Assembly (NCBI RefSeq): GCF_030144855.1
Contig: NC_082731.1
Coordinates: 28,148,001 to 28,212,000, forward strand
Length of the DNA stretch: 64,000 nt
Source: Hypanus sabinus
Taxonomy: Eukaryota
Direction: 5' to 3'
In this document: positions 13,080 through 26,947 of the stretch, piece after piece
How positions within the stretch are numbered: the stretch's first letter is position 1
Layout of the letters: every line of letters starts with the position of its first letter
Translations under genes and position numbers: made by a program
The notes under the pieces: model-generated
What the model was told of the DNA's origin: nothing
Database searches by the model: none
The model's input: only the letters and a program-made list of their open reading frames with translations

Positions 13080-14235
13080 TGTATTGTTCTCGCTCGGCAT
13101 GTAAGATAACACCGAGATAAACCGTTGTCAATGAAGACAGGATCACAGTAGGATTAACCGTTTACTGTTCACTCTTCCACATTAACGTATGGTGAAAACT
13201 GTTGATAAAACAATACAAGATTTGTACAGCATTTGTTTCCTTCTTGATATTACATTGTTATGTATTCAGGCAACAATAAATATGAGTTCGGCAAGGGTTT
13301 TTATAACAAACAACATGTTTATTAAACACTGAAAACAAACCCCCCCAAAAGTAAACAAACACTAACGTAACCGGAAATCAGCTGCTGTGCGGCAGTTTAA
13401 ACGGTTCTTAAAGCGATGCAGCTCAAACAGTTCTTAAAGCAATGTTGCAAAAACAGTTCTTTAAAGTAGTATTGCCAAAAGTTCAAAATGCTCACGGTCC
13501 ATTTAAGGGAGAGACTTTTTAAGATGATTTAAATTCTCTTTCACGTCGTTTTGCTTCAATCTGGCGTCGAACTTTTCCCACGAAGAATTTACGAAACGAA
13601 ACGGCTTAAAGGCACTGACCGTTCCTTTATCACACTGTCCTCAATCTTCTGCTATCCCGCAGAGATTAACACGAGAACAGCCAACGAATTCCTTCCAAAT
13701 AAGGATTAAATAAGGTCGAACCGGTTTCACCATCGAAATAGATTCTCCTCGATCTTTAACTCCCGAACTCCAATCTTCACTCTCCACTGATTTCTGAACT
13801 AGCAGTACAGTAAAGAAACTGCTGGCAATGACCTTTTAAACTTTAGGCATTAGATAAAAACTTCGTCCTTCAACTAAACTGCGTCATCACATTAATTCAC
13901 GCAGTGGCATGAAGTCAACTTGGCAAATCCAGCCACGAACTGCCCCTCCTCACAGGGTTGGGTCTTCCTTTTATAACCTGTAAAAAAAACCTGTTACATG
14001 ATCTCTACTGGCGGGAAAATGACTTCACTCCACCATCACAAGTCCAGTATAGCTTCAACCCCAGTCACGTGACAAGGGTACCACTGTCATGTCACGAGTA
14101 CGCAACACCTCCCTCCAAAAAAAACACTTTTGGTCTGACAAGAACAAAAATTTTTAACAATTGCTTACAAGAAAACAAATGCATAAATTTTATAACATAC
14201 GTAATATACAATACCATCATATAACAGCTTATAAC

Positions 14236-14890
14236 TCACAATACAGTAGGAGTGTTACAATTGAGAAAAAAACACTCTATAAAAAAAAATTGCATTGTAT
14301 ATTCAACATCGAGATAGACAATCACAGTGGCATGTCCAAATTCACTCTTAGCTAAATTAATAGTTAAGTTAGCTTTTGAAAGCCTTTCAAACAATTTCTC
14401 CACCGCAATAATGTGTGCTTCCCAAGTATCATTTCCTGTCACTATATCATCAATATAAGCATCAGTATCTTTCAGTCCCTGACTCACAGAGTACAGAGTT
14501 AATCATCCTCTGGAAAGTACCTGGGGCATTCTTCATCCCAAATGGAAGAACATTATACTCATATAACCCAGATGGAGTTACAAATGCAGAAATCTCTCTA
14601 CCTCTGTCTGTTAATGGAATACACCAATACCCTTTCAATAAATCAATCTTTGTAAGGAACTTTGCTTTTCCAACTTTATCTACACAATCACCTACTCTAG
14701 GAATTGGATATGCATCTGTTTTCTTTACAGCATTCACCTTCCTATAGTCCGTACAAAACCTAATACTACCATCTGGTTTTGGCACCATAACACATGGCGA
14801 ACTCCAATTCGAGTTAGAATGTCTAATGATATTATTCTCTAACATATATTCAATTTCTTTCTCAGCAAGTTCACATTTTTCTATGTTCAT
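14236..14890 (-). pseudogene. Gmr1-like reverse transcriptase, truncated; no RNase H seen
   Basis: WSSPCVMVPKPDGSIRFCTDYRKVN...LTKIDLLKGYW...LPFGMKNAPGTFQR...YIDDIV. Homology stops shortly after KSEFGHATV. Confidence 0.9.
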
Positions 14891-15634
14891 CTGATATGGA
14901 TGTTATTTAATAGGTTTGGCATCTCCAACATCTACATCATGTGAAGCTATAGTAGTCCTTCTCGGAACATCTGGAAATAACTCCTTATATTTAAAAATTA
15001 ATTCCTTAATCTGTTGTTTCTGCTCTGGCTGTAAATGTGTTAATTTCTCATCAATATTTTCCAGAATGGTTGGATTTGGTAACCTAACAGAAACAATGTT
15101 GAATTTAGAATGAAAGTCAGATGAATCATCTATCATGTTCCTAGTTAAATCAAACTCATTCTCAATAACCACAACAGTCACAGTATCAGATTGTTTCCCA
15201 AAATATGGTTTTATCATATTTATATGGCAAAGTTGTGTTGACCTTCTACGATCTGGAGTTTTTATCACGTAATCCACATCATTGATTTTAGACACAATTT
15301 CATAAGGACCATGAAATCTAGCTTGTAAAGGATTTGTCTGCACTGGGAAAAGAACCAACACCTTATCTCCAGGCTTAGACATCCTCATCCTAGCTTCTTT
15401 ATCATACCAAGTCTTCATTTTCTCCTGAGCCAACTTTAAATTTTCCTTGGCTAAGTTACAAGCTTTATGTAACCTGTCCTTAAATTTCAAAACATAGTGC
15501 AACAAATTAGTGTGTACTTCCTTACTAATCCACTCTCCTTTCAATAAAGCTAAAGGTCCTCTAACTCTATGCCCAAACACAAGTTCAAATGGACTAAAAC
15601 CTAAAGATTCCTGTACCGATTCCCTTACTGCAAA

Positions 15635-16441
15635 TTAAAGTAAGTTTATACTCTCATCCCAGTCACTTTCATTTTCCACACAATATGTCCTAATCATATA
15701 CTTGAGGGTGGAATGAAACCTCTCCAAGGCACCTTGTGATTCTGGATGGTATGCAGACAAAGTGATTTGCTTAGCTCCCAATTTATAAACTATCTGTTGA
15801 AACAATTCGGACATAAAATTACTGCCTTGATCAGTTTGTATCTCCTTAGGTAATCCAAAATAAGTAAAAAAAAATATAAGGGCCTTTGTCACAGTTTTAG
15901 CTTTTATATTCCTAAGTGGTACTGCCTCTGGAAACCTAGACGAAGTACACATGTTAGTCAACAAATACTGATAACCAGTTTTTGTCTTTGGTAATGGACC
16001 AACACAATCTACAATAACTTTAGAAAATGGTTCACCAAATGCTGGAATAGGTTGTAATGGAGCTACTGGTGTAACCTGATTTGGTTTACCCACAATTTGA
16101 CAAGTATGGCACGTTTTACAAAACATCGCAAAATCTTTTCTTAGACCAGGCCAGTAAAAATGTTTTAAAATCTTGTCCACAGTTTTCCGTACCCCTTGAT
16201 GCCCACCTAAAGGCATACTATGAGCTAAAGTCAAAATCTCATTTCGATAAACTTTATGGACAACTACATGGTAAACAACATTCCAATCCTCACTTGCAGG
16301 AATTGTAGCCGATCTCCACTTCCTCATCAACACTCCTTTTTCCAAGTAATATCCTACTGGCACCTTCTCAATTTCACTACCTAGTAAAGCTTGCTCTCTT
16401 AATTTTATAATCTCAGAGTCTCTATTCTGCTCTGCTATCAT
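15635..16441 (-). pseudogene. Gmr1-like integrase (zinc finger and DDE core)
   Basis: AH...GGHQG...FYWPGL...CHTCQ zinc finger; VDCVGPL, TDQGSNF, AYHPESQGALERFH core. Confidence 0.92.
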
Positions 16442-16493
16442 CTCCTTCCGAGACAGAGATAAATCTTCATAGTCAGACTTACTCCAAGAATCT

Positions 16494-19400
16494 TTTTATT
16501 ATTGTTAATAATATATATAAAATACAAATGATATATTAATAAAGGGATTACAAACATACAAATTCCCATTACACATGAAAAAAAATACATAAGCAATGGT
16601 TACAGTATAAATGAGTTTACCAAAACATGAACCATACAGTATATGTATGAACATGGTAAATCTAGATATTTCGTAATATATGATATAAAAAAAACATAGA
16701 AAAATGGGAAAAAATATTATGCAAAATTAACTAACCTACTAATCTAATAGCTAATAAAGAAAAAAGAAGCAAAAAAAGAAAAAAAAGAAAATAAAAGAGA
16801 AAAAAAAGGGCTGTTTATAATATCTCACAAGAATACATAATCATCAATGTCGTCCAATCTGATCCTCTCAACATAAATAAGATTAAAGCTGGAAAATCAA
16901 ATGAACTTGGAATAGGGTCATATTACATCATATGAAAATATTGAATAAATGGTCTCCATATCTTTTCAAATTTACTAGAAGTATCGAATACACCACTTCT
17001 AATTTTTTCTAAATTTAAACATAACATAGTTTGAGAGAACCTACTAAATACTGTGGGGGGATTAATTTCCTTCCAATTCAACAATATAGATCTTCTGGCC
17101 ATCAGAGTTAGAAATGCAATCATTCGACAGGCAGAAGAAGATAAATGCAGTGAGTCCATCATTGGTAAACCAAAAATTGCGGTAATAGGATGAGGTTGTA
17201 AATCGATATTCAATACCACAGAGATCTATCACAAATAGGATTTATATAAGAATAAAAATGAGCTAATTTATCCTTGGACATATGTATGACCTTAAATTGA
17301 ATTAATGAATGTTTGGCACATATCGAAGATGTATTAACTAATTGAAGAATTCTATCCCAATTCTCAATAGGAATAATAAGATTAAGTTCTCTTTCCCAAT
17401 CATTTTTGGTCTTATAAAGGGGCTCTGAACATATCTTCATAATTATATTATAAAATTTTGATATAAGCCCTTTTTGAAAAGGGTTTAATTCAAACAAAGT
17501 CTCCAAAATATCTGAAGGCACGAAATTTGGAAACATAGGAAGTACAGTACTTAAAAAATGCCTAATCTGTAAATATCTAAAAAAATGAAATCTAGGCAAA
17601 TTATATTTATTAGATAATTGCTCAAAAGACATAAAACAATTGTCCAAAAATAAATCAGAAAATATTAGTAATCCCTTAGTTTTCCAAGCCGAATAAGCTT
17701 GATCTATAATGGAAGGGTGGAAAAAGCAATTAGATACAATAGGACTATTTAAACGAATTTAGTCAACCCAAAAAATTTCCGAAATTGAAACCATATACGT
17801 AAAGTATGTTTAACTATCAGGTTGTCAATTCGTTTCAGCAATTTAGAAAGAGCAAAAGGGAGAGAAGTCCCTAAAATAGAACACAGAGCATAACCTGGTA
17901 CCAATTTAATTTCTAAACTCACCCAATGAGGGCCAAAAGAACCACCCCCGTCTTTCAACCAACATAACAAATATCTAATATTAACTGCCCAATAATAAAA
18001 TCTGAAATTAGGTAATGCTAACCCACCTTCCTTCTTTGTCTTCTGTAAATATATTTTACCTAACCTGGGATTTTTATTCTGCCATATATATGAGGAAATC
18101 TTTGAATCAACATTAGTAAAAAAAGATTTCGGAATAAAAATTGGTACCGCTTGAAAAATATGTAAAAACCTAGATAAAATAACCATCTTAATAGCATTAA
18201 TCCTGCCAATTAGAGATAAAGATAATGGTGACCACTTAGTAAACAAGCGTTTAATCTGATCAATTAAGGGTAAAAAAATTAAACCTAAATAAATTTTATG
18301 GTTTTTTGTGATTCTAATCCCTAAGTAAATAAAAGAGTCATTAACTAATTTAAAAGGTAAATTACGATATACTGGGACCTGTCTATTCAAAGGAAACAAC
18401 TCACTCTTATTAAGATTTAACTTATACCTGGAAAACTCACTAAATTGAGCCAACAATGATAGAACTGCTGGAATAGATTTCTCAGGATTAGAAATGAATA
18501 ATAATAAATCATCTGCATACAAAGATAACTTATGAATATCTGTCCCACGATTAATACCCAAAATATCCTGTGATTCTCTGATGGCAATTGCCAAAGGTTC
18601 TAAAGCAATGTTAAATAGTAATGGGCTAAGAGGACATCCTTGTCTAGTGCCCTGAAATAAACGAGAAAAGGGAGATCTTTGATTATTAGTAAACCCTGAG
18701 GCTACTGGAGTATGATAAATCAGTTTAATCCAGGAAATGAATGTCGGACTAAAATTATACTTCTCCAACACCTTAAATAAGTAAGGCCATTCAACTCTAT
18801 CAAATGCTTTCTCCGCATCTAATGAAATCACGCATTCTGAAGTGCAATGTGAAGAAGTATAAACAATATTCAGTAATCTCCTAACATTGAAAAAAGAATA
18901 GCGATTTTTAATAAAACCAGTTTGATCTTCTGAAATAATTTGGGGTAATACCTTCTCCAACCTGGATGCCAATAACTTGGAAAAAATCTTGGAGTCTACA
19001 TTCAATAAAGATATTGGTCTATAGGATGCACAGTCAGTAGGGTCCTTATCTTTCTTCAATATTAATGAAATGGAAGCTCTATAAAAAGATTGTGGCAAAT
19101 TCCCCAATCTAATTGCTTCCTCAAAAACCCTGCATAACCAAGGAGAAAGAGTACCGGAAAAAACATTTAAAAAATTCTACTGTATACCCATCTGGACCTG
19201 GTGCTTTCCCAGAATTCATTGAGGAAATAACCCCTTTGATTTCTGCGTCCGTAATAGGAGTATCTAATATTGAAAGATCATTGGATGATAATCTTGGGAA
19301 ATTTAATTTCCCAAGAAAATCACACATGGTATTATGATCCTGAGGGAATTCAGATTGATACAGGGAGGTATAAAAGTCTTGAAATGACTTATTTATCTCA

Positions 19401-22400
19401 TCATGATTAACTGTCAAATCCTCATTCTGCTGACGAATCTTAGCGATTTGACGTTTAACCAAAGCATTCTTCAACTGACTGGCTAACAGTTTACCTGATT
19501 TATCACTATGTATATAAAAATCAGATCTGGTTTTCATTAATTGATTTTCAATCGTAGATGTAAATAATAAACTATGTTCCATTTGAAGTTCAACCCTTTG
19601 TAAAGCTCCTTAGTAGGAGTAATCGAATATTTCTTGTCAATCTCTTTAATTTTATCGACCAATAAAAGAGTTTCCTTCTTAGTACGTTTTCTCAAACCAA
19701 TGGAGTAAGAGATAATCTGTCCACGTATATACGCTTTAAAAGTGTCCCAAAGTGTTCTGCAAGAAATATCATCCGTGGAATTAGTTGAAAAGAAGAAATT
19801 GATCTGTTCCTTCATAAATTTAATAAAGTCCGGATCTTGCAGTAAGGTAGAGTCAAATCGCCATTGTCTGGCATTAGAAACTGTATCCATAAATTTAATA
19901 GAAAGTTTTAATGGAGCATGGTCAGAGATAGCTATAATATCATAATTACAACCAGTTACCGATGGAATAAAACCAGAGTCAATAAAAAAATAATCAATTC
20001 TCGAATAAGAATGATAAACATGTGAGAAAAAAAGAAAACTCTTTGTCGTTAGGATGCCGAAGTCTCCAAATACCAAAAACTCCATTATCAGTCAAAAAGG
20101 AGTTAATACAAGTGAACGACATATTGGGGAAAGTCTGAATAGATAAAGAGTTATCCATCAAAGGATTCAAACAACAATTAAAGTCACCACCCATTATTAA
20201 CTTATATTCATCTAGATTGGATAAAGAAGTAAATAAGGACTTTAAAAAATCAGGACAATCCACATTTGGAGCATAAACAGTAACCAAAGCAACCTTTTTA
20301 TTACACAGTAATCCCGTAATTAACAAAAATCTACCATTCGGATCCAAAAAGATATCATGTTGAACAAATGCAATAGAGGAGTCAATAAAAATTGAAACTC
20401 CTTTTACTTTGGCATTCGAATTCGAATGATACTGTTGACCCCGCCAAGACCTAAAACAGCGATATTTTTCCTCCTTCCTCACATGAGTTTCTTGTACAAA
20501 AATGACATGAGCATTAAGTCTTTGGAATACTTTGAAAATCTTCTTTCATTTAATCGGATGGTTTAAACCATTAGTATTCCAAGACACAAAATTAATAGTC
20601 TGAGCCATAATTCTAAAATCAACCCTTTGGTATAAAAAGAGTTAACCAAATTATAAACTCATGCACCCGGAAGAGGAACAAAAATAAAGAGTGGACCTGG
20701 AAGTGAAGACAACACAGACATTTGAAGTTCAAAAACAGCCCAAAAGAAAAAGCTAAAACAAACTGGTAAAGGAAAAATAAAATTAGAAAACAAACTAACC
20801 CCCACCCCTACAAAAAAAGATTAAAAAATGCCAAAATATAGTGAGAAAAAGGAAAAAATGAGATTAATTCTATCCCCATGTCAGCGGAAGACCACTCCGT
20901 ATATAAAGGATATATATTTTAAAAAACCACCCCAACTTTAAAAATTAAAGTCACTATACGAAAAACCATACTTCTTAATATAGTTAGTTGTAACAAAAAA
21001 GAATATAGTCACTAAGAGCTTATAAATCGGGCTATAGCCCAGACAAAACAAAAGATATTTAAGCTATGATAAGCGATGCATTGTAGGAAGAAGACAAAAG
21101 AGAAAAAAATAACGCCATCTTAAACAAAACCAAAAATATTTTTCAAAAAACCACCATCTTAATAAAAAAGTATTCACCTTCGAAGGGTTAAAATACTCCT
21201 TGGAAGTAACAAAAATAATAGTCAAGAATGTAGTATAATGGTTAAAGTGTGGAAAACAAAGCGATTAATATAATGAAAACACACTTTAACTAAATATGAA
21301 GTATAGGATAAACCTACACCAATAACCAGAGGCTAAATCTGGTTTAAGAAATCGAGAACCATCTTACACAATCAGAATCATTCATTTATTAGAGACTAGT
21401 GTCTATAACAGTAGGGAAGTTCTCGTCCAGATAACTTCTCGCTTCGGATGTAGAAAGGAAAACCTGGTGTGAAGCATTTGGCGGAGAAATTCTAAGCTTC
21501 GCAGGGTATAAGAGCGCAGGTTTTAGATTCTTCTTCTAACATTCAGCCATCAGCGGTTTAAAAAGAAGCCTTTTTTTCAAAACTTCAGGACTAAAATCTT
21601 CAACCAAACAGAAGTAGTGATCTTGAAATTTAACCATTCCTGCCCGCCGAGCCGCACAAATAAGTTGTTCTTTGTCATGTACATAATGAAACCGGACAAT
21701 TACAACCGAAGGTTTAGCTGTAGCGCTCGATGATCGACACCAAATTCTATGTGCGCGATCCAACAACGGAGGATTATTTGGGAAAATCGACAGAAACTCT
21801 TCTTTTAATAATTGAGCAAAATATTTTGAATGGTCATCTTTTTCTATGCCATCTGGGAGACCAAGTATGCGTAGGTTCTGTCTACTGGACCGATTCTCAA
21901 AGTCGACACTCTTGGCTTTAAGTGTTTCCACCAGTTTAGTGGTTGAAATTAAATCCTGTTGCAGTTTTCAATAGTCAAATCTCGTTTCCGAGCGTCTTCT
22001 TGCAGAGATGCGATAAGAACTTGCTGCTGGTTAATTACTAAATCCGTCTTAACCATATAATCTTGGAAAGCCTTTATATCTTGTTTAAAAATTTGTTGTA
22101 GTTAATCAAATTTTTTATCCAAAACCTCCATAAACAATTCATAAGTTAATTGAGTGTGTTGCGGATGAGCTTGCTTCTTTCCATTACCGTTCGGGTTCCA
22201 CCCAGGTTCTCGTCCTTTAGATATAAGAGACATTTCTGTTTGCATATCTTCAAAAATTCACAATAAACTCTTAACACCAAGTTAAAAAAAATAGCAAAAA
22301 ACTTCTGGTGTAGGTAAAAATAAGTTGAATAAGGGTGATCAAAGGTTAAATAAAGTAAAGGCTATGGAGCGAATCTAAAACAGTACTCACTCCATGAGCG

Positions 22401-22414
22401 TCTCCCGCTGACCT
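16494..22414 (-). mobile_element. Full-length L1 LINE (about 5.9 kb), disrupted, inserted in Gmr1 pol
   Basis: TSD CTCCAAGAATCT at 16482-16493 and 22415-22426. ORF1 reads ENRSSRQNLRILGLP...LDRAHR (21536-21931). ORF2 has an endonuclease (VYAPN, GGDFN, SRIDYF) and RT (YRPISLLNVD, LDAEKAFDRV, QGCPLSP, LYADD; 17749-19107). Confidence 0.93.
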
Positions 22415-22997
22415 CTCCAAGAATCTAGTTCAAACAACCAATGTAAGAAAGTCTCTGACACATCCTCAAAACTCGAATCCTGAGTTGAACAATCCTGAGT
22501 AACAACCTCATTCTGCACATCAATCTTTTTCGCCATAACTCTAGTCACAACACAGGAAGAATCTGTGTTAGAATTCAACTCTGGTTCCTCTGACTCCATT
22601 GTCAAATGCACTTCATGAAAAACTTGTCCACCTGCCAAGTCATTACCTAACAATAAAGAAATACCCTTCATAGGTAAGCTATGCTGTAATCCTTCTTTAA
22701 CAAATCCTGTAACTAACCCTGACTTTAAATTTACTTTACGTAAATGTATAGGCATAAAATCACTCCCAACACCTCTTATATAATTTACCTCACCAGTATC
22801 AGACTCTTCATTAAACTTCAACACAATGTCTAACATCAATGATTGAGAAGCTCCAGTATCCCTAAGGATTTTTATTGGCACCAGAGTAGATCCTTCCTTC
22901 AAGGATACAAACCCTTCAGTTATAAAATGATCATATCCCTTTTTAACTTGGTCAGACTCTAACAAAGCCTCATTTGTGTTTATCAAACCCTGTAATT

Positions 22998-24100
22998 TTA
23001 TAAGTGCTTCAGTATGTTGCACGCAAGCATCTGGAACTGCTTTCTTCCTTTCTTTTTCAATCTGAAGCAGTTAGCTATTACATGGCCAGGCTTCTTACAA
23101 TAGTTACAAATAAGACCAAACTGTCTTTCCTTCACAGGTTTTCCTTCCTCCTTACCTTTCTCATTAATATCTGATTTAATTTCTGATTTACCACGAGTCT
23201 CCATGTTATTTTCCCTCTTAAAATTTCTGCCCTGAGGAAATTTATTCTTATGGATTAAAACATACTCGTCAGCTAATCTAGCACAGTCCTGCAATTTATC
23301 ACTATCCCTCTCATTTAAGTAGGTCCTTACTTCAACAGGAATGCTTCTTTTAAATTCCTCCATTAAAATCAGCTCTCTCAATGTATCATAGTCCGCATTT
23401 ACATTTTTTGAAGAAACCCATCTCTCAAAACACATAGTTTTATCATAGGCAAATTCCACATAAGTTTTTTCCACAGACTTTTTCAAACTTCTGAATCTTT
23501 CCCTATAAGCTTCTGGGTCTAATTTGTATGCATTTAGAATATGCATTTTCACAATATCATAATCAAGTGCTTGTGCAGCAGTTAAAGCTGTGTAAACTTG
23601 TGCTTTACCTTTAATTACACTCTGTAACAACACTGACCATTTATCTCTCGGCCACTCTGATATCCGAGCAATAGTTTCAAAATGTTGAAAATATCTTTCC
23701 ACTTCTGTTTCACTAAATGGAGGGACCAATTTAATTTCTTGACTAGCAACAAACGGTTTTCTAGAACCAGAAGACTGATTCCCAGACCTTAATTCCTCCA
23801 TTGCATATTCAAAATCTCTCTGTTTTCAGTCAGCCTCTAATTTCAAACGCTCCAATTTCATTTGTTCGATTTGCAACTGCATCTCCAGATGACTTATTGG
23901 AAGCGACTCTAAAATCGAATCATCAAAAACACCTGAATCCACATAGTGTGACACGAATTTTCTCTGTATTACAGCCTTAGACGTAGTCTGCAAAATACCT
24001 TTAAGTTGCAATCTACGAGCTATCTCAGAGACCTCAGTTTTTTTTCGCCTTCGCTAACAACTCCACATCAGGCGAAACCAGAAACTCATCAATATTCATT
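22998..24100 (-). pseudogene. Gmr1-like gag (SCAN-like capsid C-terminal domain and zinc knuckle), disrupted
   Basis: VPPFSETEVERYFQHFE...WSVLLQSVIKGKAQ...PEAYRERFR...LILMEEFK...ARLADEY. Stops/frameshifts split the N-terminus. Confidence 0.85.
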
Positions 24101-24205
24101 GCTGCCGAAAAACACTCACAAGCCAATCAAACAAAAGAATCGAGTATTCCCCTTTTCCAAAACACCGATCCAAAAGTTAGCAAGCATTGAAACTCAAACG
24201 ATCCA

Positions 24206-24223
24206 ATCCGGACGCAGCCCCCA
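24206..24223 (-). promoter_or_regulatory. Primer-binding site, tRNA-Pro-like
   Basis: TGGGGGCTGCGTCCGGAT lies 6 nt from the 5' LTR. The canonical tRNA-Pro PBS is TGGGGGCTCGTCCGGGAT. Confidence 0.75.
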
Positions 24224-25655
24224 TATTTATGTTACATATTCAGGCAACAACAAATATGAGTTCGGCAAGGGTTTTAATAACAAACAACACGTTTATTAAA
24301 CACTGCAAAACAAACCCCCCAAAAGTAAACAAACACTAACGTAACCGGAAATCAGCTGCTGTGCAGCAGTTTAAACAGTTCTTAAAGCGATGCAGCCCAA
24401 ACAGTTCTTAAAGCAATGTTGCAAAAACAGTTCTTTAAAGTAGTATTGCCAAACGTTCAAAATGCTCATGGTCCACTTAGGGGAGAGACTTTTTAAGACG
24501 ATTTAAATTCTCTTTCACTTCATTTTGCTTCGATCTGGCGTCGAACTTTTCCCATGAAGAATTTACAAAACGAAACGGCTTAAAGGCACTGACCTTTCCT
24601 TTATCACACTGTCCTCAATCTTCTGCTATCCCCCAGAGATTAACATGAGAACAGCCAACGAATTCCTTCCAAATAAGGATAAAATAAGGTCAAACCCATT
24701 TCACCGTCGAAATAGATTATCCTCGATCTTTAACTCCCGAACTCCGATCTTCACTCTCCACTGATTTCTGAACTAGCAGCACAGTAAAGAAACTGCTGGC
24801 AATGACCTTTTAAACTTTAGGCATTAGATAAAAACTTCATCCTTCAACTAAACTGCGTCATCACATTAAATCACGCAGTGGCATGAAGTCAACTTGGCAA
24901 ATCCAGCCACGAACTGCCCCTCCTCACAGGGTGGGGTCTTCCTTTTATAACCTGTAAAAAAAACCCTGTCACATGATCTCTACTGGCGGGAAAATGACGT
25001 CACTCCACCATCACAAGATCATTACCTTAAGTCCAGAATAGCTTCAACCCCAGTCATGTGACAATGGTACCACTGTCATGTCAGGAGTACGTAACAACAT
25101 TTACATCGTAAATACTTGCAAAAGTAAAACTACAACAACTACGTTATATTAAAGTGCAGCATTCAGTCAGAATCTACCTACGCCATTGACTGCTTTAAAT
25201 ACACTTCAACACAAACTATCCGCAACTCTTTAACTAACGAAAACATAAACCTTATCGACCGTTGTTACTTTTAACAGGATCGGCATTAACATTTTAATTC
25301 AACATATCGATTATCTCATGACTTACAGCGTTGCTTTCACTATGTTCCTAGTGCGTAGAAAGACAACTTTCCTTGCTGGCACTGGACTCGCACATGTCTG
25401 GCCCCACCTTCCCGTTTCTCCAAACCGGTATTTTCCCACAGGACGCGGCAAAACCAGATGTGACGTCATCGCATGCCACGATATATCACAGACAACGAAT
25501 TTACTTTAAACAATCCTAACTTTAGCTAGGAAATACTAACAAATGAATTTCTACGCGAAAATATTATAAACTATATAACTGCCATAAAGTCAACGCACTC
25601 CCCGCTTGACCTTCATAAGGTCACAATGAACATAATACAAAACTTCAGTCTCTAA

Positions 25656-26150
25656 TCAGTCCTTAGGTAGAAGTAGAATGACTTCTGTAACAGGCCCTTG
25701 GTAAATTTTCACATCACCTTGGTCAGTAGGTTTCAACTCAACCTTCCTGACATGTCCATCCCTACTAGGGAATGTAGCAGTGATTCTGGCCATTGGCCAG
25801 CCGTTGCGGGCAATGTGCTTGTCCCTGAGCAGGACTAAATCTCCAACTTGTAGATTCCTGCAGGGTTCTGTCCACTTTTGTCTGTGTTGCAACAGAGGTA
25901 GATATTCCTGTCTCCAACGAGACCAGAACTGATTTGCCAGAGCCTGGACCTGTCTCCATTGCTTTGTGTACAGATCCTTATCGGAGAAGTCCCCTGGTGG
26001 AGGGGGAGCTTCTGTCTTCGGTGTAAGGAGCATTGATGGCGAGAGTATGAAGAAGTTTTCCGGGTCAGAAGACACGGGTAGGAGTGGTCGTGCATTTATA
26101 ATGGCTGTGCAATTAGTGTGCACAGTACTTTGTAGGTCAATCGGGTGCAT
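25656..26150 (-). pseudogene. BEL/Pao integrase C-terminal region
   Basis: INARPL...LSPSMLLT...WRQVQALANQFWSRWRQEYL...VGDLVLL...WPMARI is the characteristic BEL pol C-terminus. Confidence 0.85.
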
Positions 26151-26947
26151 TGCTGCATCTCAGGTTTCCTTTTCAGGGTTTTTTGTAAGGGCGTGGACTG
26201 CTTGACTGCCTGCTCTTTGTTGTTTGGCAAGCACTGGCGTGGTTCTCTGAAAGGCAGTGGGGTGACCCCATTATTTGCTTCATCTCTGAAGACCTTGGTG
26301 TCCTTTGTTTTTAAGAAAATGGCATCTTGAGCTGATGGAGCAAGTTTATTATCATGCTCGGTTTGAGCAAAGACTGACAGACCCAGCGTCTCGTCAGTTA
26401 CTTTACGTTTGTTAAAGCCTTGTCGTGCTTACTTAATACACGTGACACTTGTGCGGGGTTGAAAAATTGACTGGCAGCCACTCTCTAGCACATTGGTCTT
26501 GAATGTGTTAACCGTCGGTTTGTGTACACTGCCAGGGCACACCTCTCCTATCACCACCCCGCCCAGATCCAGGCGTTGCGCAAAGGGGGCGCCGTGTGGT
26601 CCATTGACCTGCTGCCTAAACTTGTGCACATGGAGAACATCTCTTCCTAATAGCAGGAGTATTTCTGCTTTTGGATCCAGTTCTGGGATGTGTTTGGCGA
26701 TGTGGTGGAGATGTGGCTGGTGTAGCACCACAATTGGCGTCGGGATTTCAGTGCGGTTCTTCAAAATTTGCTTGCGCTCTAAGAGTGGAGGGAGACAGAT
26801 GACGACTTTACCATCCAGAGACTCGAGCTGGAAGCCTTCTGCCTTCCTTCCATAAGTTTCCACCTTGCCTGAGCAAGTTCTAAGGTAGTATAGGAACTGC
26901 TCACTCTCAATGTTGAACAAGTTAAAGAACTCTGGACTGACTAGTGA

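Larger units (their letters stand above)
13256..25096 (-). mobile_element. Gmr1-like Gypsy LTR retrotransposon (integrase upstream of RT), interrupted by an L1
   Basis: LTRs at 24230-25096 and 13256-14107 (TG...CA, about 94% identical by eye), 4-bp TSD ACAT (13252-13255, 25097-25100), PPT GGAGGGAGG (14108-14116). Order: gag with CNYCKKPGHVIANC knuckle, PR (LRDTGAS), IN, RT. Confidence 0.93.

Noticed and set aside
13400-13465. Repeated aaacagttcttaaagc units as a CRISPR-like or switch-like array
   Set aside because: They are short degenerate tandem repeats inside both LTRs of the Gmr1 element, with no unique spacers.
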